A stretch of 64,000 nt of DNA from NCBI GenBank assembly GCA_964016885.1, contig OZ024740.1, forward strand, positions 342,860,001-342,924,000. Reading direction: 5' to 3'. Shown piece after piece: positions 24,800-36,975 of this stretch. Source of the DNA: Eledone cirrhosa (Eukaryota). Positions within the stretch are counted from its first letter, which is position 1. Every line of letters starts with the position of its first letter. A model generated the notes under the pieces. It ran no database searches, was not told the DNA's origin, and worked only from the letters and a program-made list of their open reading frames with translations. The translations under genes and the position numbers were made by a program.

Positions 24800-27700
24800 A
24801 CTGCTCAGTTGCTCGCCTGTGTGCGTGCTGAACTCTGGGTCTTTCCGCAGGGAACAACCCCTTGTTTTCTCCCCCCCCCCTTTTTTGTGTACATCCATCC
24901 ATTCACTCATTCATTTACTGCCATTCTACCTTCCTGTGCCTCCCCCTCCATGCAGCCCCTTTTCGCTCTCGTTTTCTGGCACCTCCATATATATAGGTGA
25001 GCTATGCTGCCCTCTTACCAGCACTTTCCCTTCCACCCACACACACCAGCCACCCACCCCTGATGCCGCTCGGTTCCCCAGTCCCCGGCCCCACGCCCCA
25101 TCCCCCACCCCTCCAAATCGACACCTGCAGCACTTGCGGCACTACTAACAAACGGAAGAGGGGCGGGAACTGTTTGGGGTGCGGCTGCTTCCACCACCTC
25201 ACCTGCGTTGGCTTGACTCGTCGAGCTTCCAATGCCCTTGCAGCGTGGAGTTGAAGGAGCTGCCTCTTCCCCACGTCTTCCCAGCCACGGCTGTCTGGCA
25301 CACCACCAGATGGGACAGCGAGCTTGCCTGACGCCCGAGCCTCGCTGGTCAACATCGCTTGGCACAGGCGGCTCCGGAAGATCCCACTCAGGATCCCGAG
25401 AGCGGCACGGGTGCTGGTAGCCGATGCCCTTGCTTCCTTGATTGAGAGTGCCCTGGACTCCAATCAAGCCAGTGACTGGGAGCGGCTGTTCTATTTCGCC
25501 CCACTCGCCCTCAGCTTTCCCAGCTCTGGCGCTGACCGGGGCGGCAGACCAACAGCAGACTTCATCAAGGCCAATGTCTCGTCATTTGGGCGAGCGCCCA
25601 TTCCAAGCGTGCCCAGGGATGCCACACACCCCACCCTCAGGTACCCATTATCCTCCACCCCCGAGGCCATCGCTAAGCGTTTACGTGACCAGGTAAACGC
25701 AAAGCTTATCATGGGTGATGTCTCGGCCGCAGTCAGAGTTGTTGCCTCAGAGGACACTGTCCTCCAACCCACCGAGGAGATCCTGGCTGCTCTGTGGCTC
25801 AAACACCCTTAGCCACCCACTGATCTCAGACCCATACCCCCACCCGACCCCCACCTGCTCCTTGTGGCTACTGATGCAGATATCATGTCCGCCATCAGGT
25901 CCTTCCCAGCTAGCAGCTGCGGAAGTGTTGATGGTCTCCGACCAGGTGACCTCAAGGAATTGACATCCCCCCTCTCCGCTGAGGCCGGGCGCCGCCTTCT
26001 GAGTGCAATTGTGGCGCTCACCAATAGGCTCATTCATGGTGCCCTCGACCCTTACGCCCGAGGCCTCTTTTTTTCAGCCATCCTCACCGCTCTCAGGAAG
26101 AAAGAGAGTGGCATATGCCCCATTGCTGTGGGCAATGTCTCCGGTGGCTGACTGCCAAGGTGATCTGCAAGTCCGTCACACACAAACTGGGTGAGGAGTT
26201 TAGTCCGGTGCAACTGGGTGTCGGCGTGTCCAGTGGCTGTGAGGGAGCCTCTCATGCAATCAGGCAGTTCTTCAGCAGCTGCCCATCGGTACCGGCATCC
26301 AGGGACTCCAGGCACCTCATTGTCAAGCTTGACATGACATGAGGAATGCCTTTAACTCTTTACGCCGGGATCATCTGCTCGAGGCCTGCCTCAGCCGAGC
26401 CCCCTCTGCCTACCTGCTGGCCTACTTGTCATATGGAGCCCCGAGCATGCTCCTAGCTGCTGATACAGTCATACCCTCGGCTACTGGGGTCCAACAGGGC
26501 GACCCATTGGGACCCCTCCTGTTCGCCCTTGGTATTGACCACATCGCCCGGAGTATCACGGCCCATCTCAACGTTTGGTATCTGGATGATGCTACGTTGG
26601 GCGAGCCCGTACGGACGGTCTGCCAAGACCTTCAATCGGTGATTCCTGCCCTGGCGGGAATCGGCCTCCAGGTCAACTCAGCCAAGTCGGAGGTGGTGAA
26701 CGTCAGCCTCAATGCTGCGTGCTTTGCAGCCTCCATCTTGGACGTGCGGCCCATTCTCCGCCAGGTTCAGGTGACCCCCCAAAGAGGATGTCCTCATCCT
26801 CGGGTCACCGATCCACCCGCCGGCCATCCGCTCCACCATCAGGTCCAGGCTTCAACAGCTCCAGACTCTCACGAGCCGACTGGGCTTGATTGACGGCCAC
26901 CCTTCTCTCTTTCTGCTGAGGAACTGCTTCGCCATGCCGAAGCTCCTCTATACACTCCGCAGCGCTCCATGCTACACCCAGACATCTCTCCTCGCTGACC
27001 TCGATACTTGTATCCGAGCAACAGCCGAGGGGATATGCAACGTCAAGTTTGGCGACATAGGGTGGCAACAGGCCACTTTACCGGTCAGGTATAGCGGCCT
27101 AGGCGTCCGATCCCCGATCTCACTAGCTTTGCCGGCGTATCTTTCATCGGTAACCTCGTTCCGCGTCCTCGTCAGCAGAGTTCTTCAAAACACAACAGAA
27201 CTCTCTGTGTTCAGAGAACGTGAGGCCGCCTGTGAGACGTGGGACCGGCTGGGACTTAGCTCAGTAGACGTCCCTCCTCCTTCTTCCCCTGTTGACGTCA
27301 ATTCCCCCCAACGCACTTGGGATGCCATCCAGTGCAGCCTGGCCTCAGACAGGCTCATGCGCCAGCTCAACCAGCACCGCCTTGCTTGTTTTCGTGCAGC
27401 CTCCAAACCCCACAATGGTGCCTGGCTCCATGCTCTGCCCTCCTTCTCCACTGGCACGCAGCTAGACAACCATAGCCTGCGAATCGGCGTTTCCCTGAGG
27501 CTCGGCCTCCGGATCTGCCAGCCACACCAATGTCGCTGCGGTTCCACCGTGGATTCTTTTGGCCTCCACCCGCTTTCCTGTCGCCACAGTGCCGGCCGCA
27601 TTCCACGCCATACTGCCCTCAACTAGGTCATTAAGCATGGCTTGGACGCTGCAGGCTTCCCTTCCCAGCTTGAGCCGGTGGGGCTGGATCAAGGGGACGG

Positions 27701-28178
27701 CAAAAGGCCAGATGGCATGACCATCTTCCCGATCCGCGGTGGCAAACCACTTGTCTGGGATGCCACTTGCACCGACACTTTCTGCAGCCGCAACCTGGTG
27801 TAGTCTGCGACTGACCCAGGTTCTGCTGCACGTCAGGCTGAGGGGGCCAAACTCCTCAAATACCGGTCGCTCTCCGACAAGTTTGCGGTCGTTCCCCTGG
27901 CAGTGGAAACTTCTGGTGTCCTTGGCCCCAGGGCTACATCCTTACTCACCACCATAGGTGCTGAGCTGACCAGCCGCAGGTGTGAGCCCCGCGAGTTGGA
28001 GTGGCTTTTCCAGCTTCCGCCTTGCCGTCCTCTGGGAAAACGCCTTCTCCATTCTGTCCGCCAGGGCTGTGGGTGGGCCCCATCGCATACCTATACATTA
28101 GTTAAATACCATTCTTTCATCGTTACAACTTATATCCACATTAAAGCTTTACAATTTAAAAAAAAAAAAAAAAAAAAA
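24800..28178 (+). mobile_element. CRE-like (R2 superfamily) non-LTR retrotransposon with restriction-like endonuclease; 5' boundary approximate
   Basis: GC-rich island; N-terminal PHD-like finger; RT motifs PIAVG, PVQLGVG, NAFNS, GVQQGDPLGPLLF, WYLDD; GLG; CCHC knuckle CRCG...HPLSC; RH..LN; REL KRPDG...WDAT...KY...PLAVET; poly(A) at 28158-28178. Confidence 0.88.
24997..28070 (+). pseudogene. Disrupted CRE-like ORF (PHD - RT - zinc knuckle - REL endonuclease)
   Basis: ORF pieces 24997-25254, 25324-25812, 25864-26151 are one frame broken by TGA/TAG; frameshifts near 26140, 26335 (GACAT duplication) and 26780; TAG at 27624 and ~27801. Confidence 0.88.
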
Positions 28179-28489
28179 TGGAATTAAATACATTGACACT
28201 AATTTAACTATTCATACCAAATAGTTAAAAATAGAACAATTTTTTCTGAGTGTTTTTTTTTTCTTTTCTTTAGCATTTTTCCTTATATCTTTTTCTCCTT
28301 ATCAAAAATTCTCTGTTGTATTGAATAACCAAGTATAATTAATCACTTTAAGAATTGATTATCTTGCTTTAGAATTAGAAATTTTCTTCTCAACTTTGGA
28401 GTTAGTCCCACTGCATGTCACCTTGGGCAAGTGTCTTCTACTATAGCCTTGGATTGACCAGTGCCTTGTGAGTGAAATTTGAAAGAAGC

Positions 28490-29280
28490 CCATCATATAT
28501 ATGATTGTATGATGCTTGTATACGAACAACAATGTTACATGGCAGTGAGACATGGGCATTGTGTGCAGAGGACCTGCGCAGATTGGAAAGGAATGAAGCA
28601 TACATGAATGGCAAAACATAATCGAACTAAGAGAGAAATTAGAAATAAGAGGGATCATATGCTGTTTATTTGAGAGAAGATTAAATTGGTATGGTCATGT
28701 GATGTGCATAAAAAAGTGAAGGGCGATCAAAATTGATAGAAGTTATGGAGTAGGTAGACCCAGAAAAAGCTGGAACGACATAATAAAATCTGACCTTGCA
28801 CACTTACACCTCTCTAAGACAATGTCACTGGATCAAGACCTTTAGCACTACGCAGTAATACAGAAGACCCACCTTCCCTACGTACAAAGTTAAACCTCAG
28901 TCAGTAGGCACCTCTTAACCAAATATATACCCCAACCCACTACCCCTACTCCATCCTCCCACCAACACCACCCTTTCTCTGTAAAGTTATGTTGGTACCA
29001 CAGAACATCCAGTCCAAGCTAAAGAGGTTGTGTAGGTGTCACGACAAAAAAACACCCAGTCCACGCTGTAAAGTGGTCATGTAGGAGACACGGTAAAAAG
29101 TTTCCCAGTTCACAATGTGGTTCGTGTTAGGAAGGGCATCCAGCCATAGAAAACCTGCCAGATACAGTCCTATACGAGCGAGACACGGTCACCTGATCAA
29201 TCTTGCAACACGTGGGACAATTCCCGTCTAACCCATGCTAGCATGGAAGATAGACATTAAACGATGATGATGATGATGAT
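28490..29280 (+). mobile_element. Decayed 3' end of a second RTE family with long 3' UTR and (GAT)n tail
   Basis: Remnants of R..WYGHV and GRP.K.W; the 3' UTR matches the reverse complement of 35607-36060. Confidence 0.75.
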
Positions 29281-29281
29281 A

Positions 29282-29489
29282 CAGGGTGGGTCAAAAGTCA
29301 CTTCTTATTAAAAAAAAATTCATAATTTTTTTATTATCAAAATATATATTTTTTCTTTCAGATTAAAGTTGGATAAAAACAAGGTCCAATTATGGAAAAA
29401 TACACCCTCCAAGAAAAATGAGTTTTTTTAGTTAATTTGTAATGTTTGATTAATAAGAATAGGTAAGAAGTGACTTTTGGCCCACTCTG
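29282..29489. mobile_element. Tc1/mariner-type MITE
   Basis: CAGGGTGGGTCAAAAGTCACTTCTTA / TAAGAAGTGACTTTTGGCCCACTCTG inverted termini; TA on the left. Confidence 0.78.
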
Positions 29490-31205
29490 TGTGTATGTGT
29501 GTGAACCATGAATGTGATTATGTTTGTACATTTGTTTATGCTTATGTCCCATAACCTAGCAGTTGACTTGACTAAATTCCAAGCATGGTTGCAAGTATAA
29601 TAACTGAAACCAGTAAAAGAATAAAAAACATATGAAAGTAGTATTATTTTTAAGGTAAGTTGCGTCTGGCTTTTATAAGCTTGCAATGAAGATTGTGTTT
29701 TTATTTGAGTTTCAAATTAAAACATCTTTATGCTACATATATTTTAAACAAATATATTTTGAATTGAAATATTCTAAAATTTTCTTTTGTAAATGAAAAC
29801 ATAACATAACTAAAATATATATTATCCAATATCAACCAAGGTTTTTTATATTTGGGATACTTTTTTTCTTTAATTTTAGTATGCTTAATAGGTTTTGTTT
29901 AGTATTTATATCAGAATACCATTTACAGTATGTGCAACATATTTTTAATCTAGGTATAAGCATTATACTGATGACAAGATGGTGGGTGATAATGTGAGTT
30001 CTAAAATATTGTAAGATTTTAATAAACTTAGTTATTTGAATAAATTAAGTTATGGCAGAAATAAGAAAGAACATCTTTTACAAATTGGGCATATGATTCA
30101 AAATGGTTGCAAACACATACACCATTTCTGTTGTGCCCTATTCCAGTTTTCATCTGATCAAACTGGAGCACCTTCTCTTTCTCATCTTGTGGAAAGGATG
30201 CATTCCATTGGTCAGACGATTATACAATGTTTGGTGATATGTCAGCATGTTCTGAGGCTAGAGTATCTGAAAAGATTCCAAAATGTTAAGCAGATGTAAC
30301 CATTGCATGTAAGGCATCGTTTTCTTCAGCTTGACATAGTTGAAGTTCTAAGTCAAGTCAGAACTAAGATTTGGTGCCTGATATCTGCTGTTATCAGAAG
30401 GTACAGGCTATGTGGTTGATAGTATTTCAACGTTTGTATTATTTAGATGGTTAGTTGTAGGCAAGAGCAAGAGCAATGCCGTTCTCCCCAAGGGAGACTT
30501 TAGCTATAAATGAATATCAACTAAACAGACTATTCTGGAGAATTGTCAGCCCTAAAATTATGAACAACTTCCAAAATTCTTTCTTCCTGATGTTGCCAAA
30601 TTCAGGGTAGTAGCCCTATTAGTCAGGCCTATTGAAGATTCATGCAGGGAAGCAAAACCATTCTACATGCAATTGATCAGTAGCTAAACATTGAAGAGTT
30701 ATGTAAAGCAGCTGTTGTTGCATATAGGTCAGATCCGACCAGTCAATCAAGAAGGTCACCTGGCCATCTTCCTTTAGCCAGGAAGTGTAGGAAGTATTTC
30801 TCTGTATAGTAGTTATGGCAACAGAAATTCTATGGTGAACAAATTGAAAGGACTCAAGGCAGACATTTTTCATTTTGGCTAATCCCTCACCAGCTTCTTC
30901 AAATTATCTATAACCTCCCATTAATAACCCATATAGTTATCAGTCAAATGTTTACATTCTTTTCTCTAGATGTAATGTTGCTTCCTGAGTATACAAAAAA
31001 GGCCACAGGTTGTAGAGAGTTTTGTTTGATTGTACCCATTAAGACTTCTTGCTTCTAGCAGATGTATTCAATCTTTGAGGCATTGACATATAAACCAATA
31101 CCATCTGCTGTTTTTTAAAGTTTATATAGAAGTGTGGTAGCTTCTGATATCATGTCTGCTAAGATAGTAACAGCAACAGAATAATTCACATCCATTATTG
31201 TTATA

Positions 31206-31239
<34 letters not shown>

Positions 31240-31808
31240 TTTCTTAGAGTGAAACTCAATTTTTTAATTTTGTTAATTTCAATGCATATCATATAATCGA
31301 GATAGAAAAATTATAATTCAATAGAATAGCCAAGATTATAATTTAGGGCATTTTTTATAACATAAACTTGCATTACACAGTAATACAGAAAACCCAACTT
31401 CCCATGGGTACAAGCTGAAGCTGAAGCATTATAGACAATATGCCCCACCTTCTCCCACTGCAAAATGGTCGTGAACGTGTCACGACAAAAAAGCACCCAG
31501 TCCACACTGTACAGTGGTCGTGTAGGTGCCACGGTAAAAAAGCACCCAGCACTCACTGTAAATAAGGTTGTTGTTAGGAAGGGCATCCAGCTGTAGAAAT
31601 CAAGCCCAAACCAGTTCCCCTTATGAGCAAGACATGGTCACCTGACCTGTCATTGCCCACAACAGGACAACCCATCTAACCCATGCTAGTGTGAATGAAT
31701 GGATATAAAACGGTGATGATGATGATGATGATGATGATATACTACAGGCACCATACTGGCTTAATCTGGTCCAGCAAGTCAACTCTAATTGAGCTAACCT
31801 ATGATTAA

Positions 31809-32004
31809 CACTTTAGCATTTAAACCAGCCATATCCTGCCAGAAATCTCTCACCTCTTTCTGTTGAAACTGGCTGTAACTTGCTACTCATACTTATGTTA
31901 AGATATTGTTCTCCAAATAAATAATATCAAAATCTCATAGATTTGATATTATGTGAGATAAAGCCTTTACCATGAAAATATAGAGTAATGTAAATGCTAA
32001 AGGG
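31809..32004. mobile_element. piggyBac-type MITE
   Basis: TTAA-CACTTTAGCATTT...AAATGCTAAAGGG-TTAA; same family at 50791-50992, 55010-55309, 55508-55715 and partly 42210-42460. Confidence 0.8.
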
Positions 32005-32505
32005 TTAAAGACATTGCAACAATAACCTTCCCTTCATTTTAAGGCTACGATACTCAGTCAATACTCAGTGTTTTGTTCTTATTTAAGACAATATAGTTTG
32101 ATATTAGGGAGATTTAGCAGTGAATCCAAAAAGATTGATTAACCATGTTATATTTTGTTTTTTCATTATTTGTATGTCCATTTGTGACCTACTTCTCAAA
32201 ATCCATCAGACTGATAGGTTTGCTCCTGTCAAACAATAGCAGGATGGGAAGTGGATTGTGAAAATCTCAAGTAGATAAAAGCTTCATTTATTGTGATAGG
32301 TGCCATCAGACTAGCAGGACTTTCTTGTTATAGGATGGAGGACAACACATCTGCAGAAGTAAGAATAGTTTCATTGTTTTTTAAGACATATTCACACCAA
32401 ATTTAATTCAAACACTAAATTCAGTCAGTATATCTCATCACTCAATTTGTCTCATATATATATATTTTTTTTATTTTAAGCATGTTATTATTTCTGTTTA
32501 CCTTT

Positions 32506-32544
<39 letters not shown>

Positions 32545-32548
<4 letters not shown>

Positions 32549-32800
32549 CTACTTTTGGCACAAGGCCAGCAATTACCCAGTACATTACTGGTACTTTATT
32601 TTATCGACCCTGTAAGGATGAAAGGCAAAGTTAACCTCGGTGGGATTTGAACTCAGATCGTAAAGGAACGTAACTACACTGGAAAGCATGTCTGACCCTC
32701 TACCAATACTGCCAATTCATCTGAACTCAGAATGGCAAGGGCTGTAACTCTATGCGTCAAAGCATAGTGTCCGACCCTCTACCAATACTGCCAATCCACA
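32545..32800 (-). mobile_element. Family A SINE plus a duplicated head fragment
   Basis: Matches 62283-62464; second partial tRNA head at ~32723-32800. Confidence 0.82.
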
Positions 32801-32818
32801 ATAATAAGTATAAATATA

Positions 32819-32855
<37 letters not shown>

Positions 32856-32963
32856 TATATATATATATATATATACATAATGTTTGCTTGGGTTCATGGT
32901 AGGCCTTGGTTTAACCTGTATCTACATGTATTTATATTCAACTTAAAACAATTGACAGTCTTA

Positions 32964-33014
<51 letters not shown>

Positions 33015-35606
33015 GCCCATATAGATACCTTTTTTTTCCATTCAACAGGCTCAAATATCCTGTTATTAAACTATTTTCTGTAGTCAAAAAATTCAGTGAA
33101 AGCTTCCAATTCAATTTTCAAATTTTGCTTGCCCTCTTCTAAACACATACTATATATATATTTATATATATATACACACACACAGACACACTCACACACA
33201 TATACACACACACATGTGCCACACATTCATACATATATATTGTCATCATCATCATCATTGTTTAACATCCATTTTCCCTGCTAGCAAGGGCTGAACATTA
33301 TATATATAGAAAGCTTGCCAGACAAGTTGGGAGGACCCTTCAGCCATATCAAGGACATGACACCCTCTTTAGTGTTGATAATCTACATGATAAACACACC
33401 CAGTACATGCTGTAAAGTGCTTGGTGACATCATAGAAAGGGCATCCAGCAGTAGAAATCTTGCCAAACAAAAGGGTCGGGAGAACCTTCAGTTGTGTCAA
33501 AGACATGACAACCTTTTCTGTGCACACGGTAGAGGGTCAACCATATATAAAGCAAAACACAGATCTCTGGCCTGTCTGGGAGATCAGTGGCTCCACTTCA
33601 GTACTGACTTAATCTATGTATACCTGTCCAACCCTTGCTAGCAGAGAAAGCAGACATTTAAACGACAATGGTGATGATATATGAGATAGAGAGAGTAGCC
33701 CAATAGTGGAATTCACCGTGTAGGTTACCCTCCTCATAAATATATTTACTCTGCATCATAACATGTATTGAGCATTTCATTTGATTAGTTGCCATTTTGG
33801 TTTTGTAACAGTGAATATTCTACACTCACGCATACTTTTATTAATCAAAATTTATGGTTAAATTTATGGTTGTGTGATTATGAATAATTAATAATGAAAA
33901 TTATTGTGTAGAGTGCTTAGGTGGACTACAAATCATTGTTATTGCTTAATACCATGACTTCTTTGCAACAACTTAATGTGAATTTTTCACTGTTTCTTAT
34001 GCCTGTACTTTTTCTCTTGGTACTGAGGTGGAGGTGAAATCTGATGTTATAGAGTTTTGTTGATGGTTATAGTGTTATTGTCATTGCTTTAGAATATATC
34101 TTGTGAAGGTTGTGTTATAGTATTGAGTATTTTGCAGACAATAAATACTGTATCTAGCAGATTTAGTTTTTGTACTTAATGCAACAATTTAAACACTAAT
34201 GTGTTGTTTATGTGTTGTTTATGTTTTTGTTCTTGTCAATATCTTTTTATAATACTCAGTAAATCAATTACTATTTCTACTATTCTCCACATCTTTTCCT
34301 ATTTCAAGGTCCTTGTATTTTGATAGGTTTTCAACTTCATTACTGATGATGGTTTGTTTAAAAAAGATAAAAATATCTGTTAGAGTGCAAACATTTCTAA
34401 ACATTTCTGAAGAGTTTGTTTAATCTCTTTGTCAGTACCTTAAAAAAACATTAGGACAGTAATAGCTGGAGCACTTTTGACCATTAGGCAGGTTCATCAA
34501 GGCTGACCCATTGCTAAAGGATTATGATGTCCTAGGTAGAAAGGGGATACCAGATGGATCCAGCCAGGAGAGCAAAGATATGTATATATATATTCAAGGA
34601 TGAGGTGATGACTTGGATTGCTACAACCCAACAAAGATATTATTTTTGTGGGTGCACTTCAGGGTTAGTTCATATGAGGGACCAAACTCTTAGATGCATC
34701 TCTTTGTATAGGGATCCATCCCAACCTTTTGAAGCACATGACCATGAGTCTAATTTTCAAGAAGAATAACCTCTTAGTTCTCTAACAATCAACCATTTGC
34801 ATTTAATTTCCGCACCTCAAAAGTGATGGAAGCAGCTATAAATAACAACTAAGTACCTCAGCTGTGCTTCTCTCCCTATTTAATAATCCACTAATACTGA
34901 TTCAATGGAGCCATATTTGTATCACACAACACTGGTTTTCCAATCTTAAAAACTTTGCATGAAAGCAATGTTCTTATATTTGACATCAGTAAACCCTTCA
35001 AATGTGTTTGGCATGCAAGTATCTATCCTAGCAAGGTTGTACATTTATAATTTCCCACCATCTCTCATCTTTTGGATTGGAAGTTTTTTTCTGTCAGACT
35101 TACTAATCCATTGTAACTGTTTTGTTATATCTCCCATACTTTTCTTTCCATACATTAATGACCTACTCACTGTTACTCCTAACAATGCACATTCCTATGT
35201 AAACTCCTCAGTTTTTCGAAAGCAGTTGTCATCCAGACATAATCAAAATAGCTTCTACCAGACTTACATTACCTTCATAATGAAATACCATGAAAATAAT
35301 TTTGAATTGAAACATGGGAACCTAATCTCCTTCAATATCACCAAATGATGATCTCTACACGTTTCCTTCAATAGATCAAAGGCACAATTACTGAAGACAG
35401 CAAAGAAACAATTTAGCAATGGATAACACACAACAAAAACCCTTAAAGTCATTACAGATATTAAACTTTAAAATCGTTGATGATCTATCTTGGAGAACTC
35501 ATGTTCACAAACATAGTAAAAACTGCATCTCAAAGATTAATTTTTCTCTTCAGAAAATACTCCATCTCACAATAGATGTTAACTTTCAACGATGGACTAC
35601 TGTTTA

Positions 35607-35637
<31 letters not shown>

Positions 35638-36060
35638 GTTTAACGTCCATCGTTTGCATGGGTTTGGACGGGAGTTTTCCCACTTGAGGCAAGATTGGTT
35701 GTCTTGCTCGTATAGAACTGTCTGGCGGGTTTTCTATGGCTGGATGCCCTTCCTAACACCAACCATGTTTACAGTGTGGACTGGGAGCTTTTTACCGTGT
35801 TACCTACATGGCCACATTACAGCGTGGACTGTGTGTTTTTTTTTTTGTCGTGACACCTACACGACCTCATTTATTTCGGACTGGATGTTGTGGTACCAAC
35901 TTAACTTTACATCGAAAGGGGTGGTGTGGATGGGTGGGGGTAGTGGTCCGGGGGGGTGTATTTTTGTTAAAAGGTGCCTACCGACTGTAGGTTTCGCTTT
36001 GTACTTAGGCAAGGCGGGTCTTCTGTATTACTGTGCAGTGCATCTGACAAAGTGTTGCTG
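35607..36060 (-). mobile_element. 3' end of the second RTE family
   Basis: (CAT)n tail; reverse complement resembles 28830-29280. Confidence 0.75.
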
Positions 36061-36378
36061 CTAGAAATGCAAATATATGAAACCACATAACCCAGCCAAA
36101 CCAGCACATTGATTTGCATGGACTTACTCACCAACTTATTTGAACCATTACTACTACAATGTCCTCTGTTACTTCATGTTAGTTATCAGTTGCAGCTCAC
36201 CAGACACACTCATCTCTGTTTATCTCCTGGCTCTTATATTTTGCACCCACCTCTCACATCTCTATTTCTAGTCTCATCCTTCAGGTATTCCTTCTTCAAA
36301 ACTTGCAGATGGTTAAGCTGAACATTAATTGTATGATTGTCACTATCTGGAAAGGATGTGATAGGTATGTGTGTGCAT

Positions 36379-36972
36379 ATTATTTACAGGGAATAACGAC
36401 GGCCTATGCCTCCGTTAATTTATCGTGATATTTCGCTCCTAACAACAGTCTTTCCTATCTCTGTTTGGTTGAGCACACTTCTCTGAGTGGCTTTGGGCTG
36501 CCCTTTCTAGCAGTTCGTCTCTCAGAGGCCACTGGTTCACTGCCCTTAAACACGCTGTGACTTCTCTCTCCCACGTGTAGCTGGACAGTCAATTGTAAAA
36601 TTCTCTTAGTGTTGTCTGAAATGTATGGCCTTACACACGCTGATGAACCGAGACTAGACCATTTCTTTCAACAATTTTTTTGGTGAAACATATCTTTGGA
36701 TTTGTACGTGTGTTATATAGTTATAGAGGTATTTATTTACGCTTTAATTTATATTTTTAATTATCGTGTCTATAGTCTGCCTTTCATAGGTTATAGATTC
36801 CATACACTGGTGGTTTTTTCCCTGTATTATTGATAACGCACTATATATCTCTCTCTGGTGTGTTACCTTCTCAACATATTATATTTTAAAGGGCTCAGGA
36901 TCTCTTCCCCTTTGAGCACATTATTTACAGGGAATAACGACGGCCTATGCCTCCGTTAATTTATCGTGATAT
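36379..36972 (+). mobile_element. ORF-less PLE pLTR / retrozyme-like unit with terminal direct repeat
   Basis: 53-bp exact direct repeat ATTATTTACAGGGAATAACGACGG...TCGTGATAT at 36379 and 36920 (period 541) enclosing a hammerhead. Confidence 0.75.
36633..36713 (+). ncRNA. Type I hammerhead ribozyme, canonical core
   Basis: Stem I ACACACG/CGTGTGT; CTGATGA; stem II ACCGAGA/TTTTGGT; GAAA; stem III CA-T-ATC-TTTG-GAT-T-TG; GUA triplet, predicted cleavage after 36706. Confidence 0.85.
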
Positions 36973-36975
36973 ATA

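Noticed and set aside
25252-25254. In-frame TGA at a PHD cysteine position (also ~47644 in the RTE PHD region), suggesting selenocysteine
   Set aside because: The CRE-like copy has several TAG stops and frameshifts and no SECIS was recognised, so a TGY-to-TGA mutation is simpler. The RTE TGA aligns with a Trp codon.
30050-31160. Possible RNase H-bearing LINE relic on the minus strand (also degenerate LINE traces at ~34800-35560 and ~48520-49350)
   Set aside because: Only faint motif echoes with many stops; clade and boundaries cannot be supported by eye.
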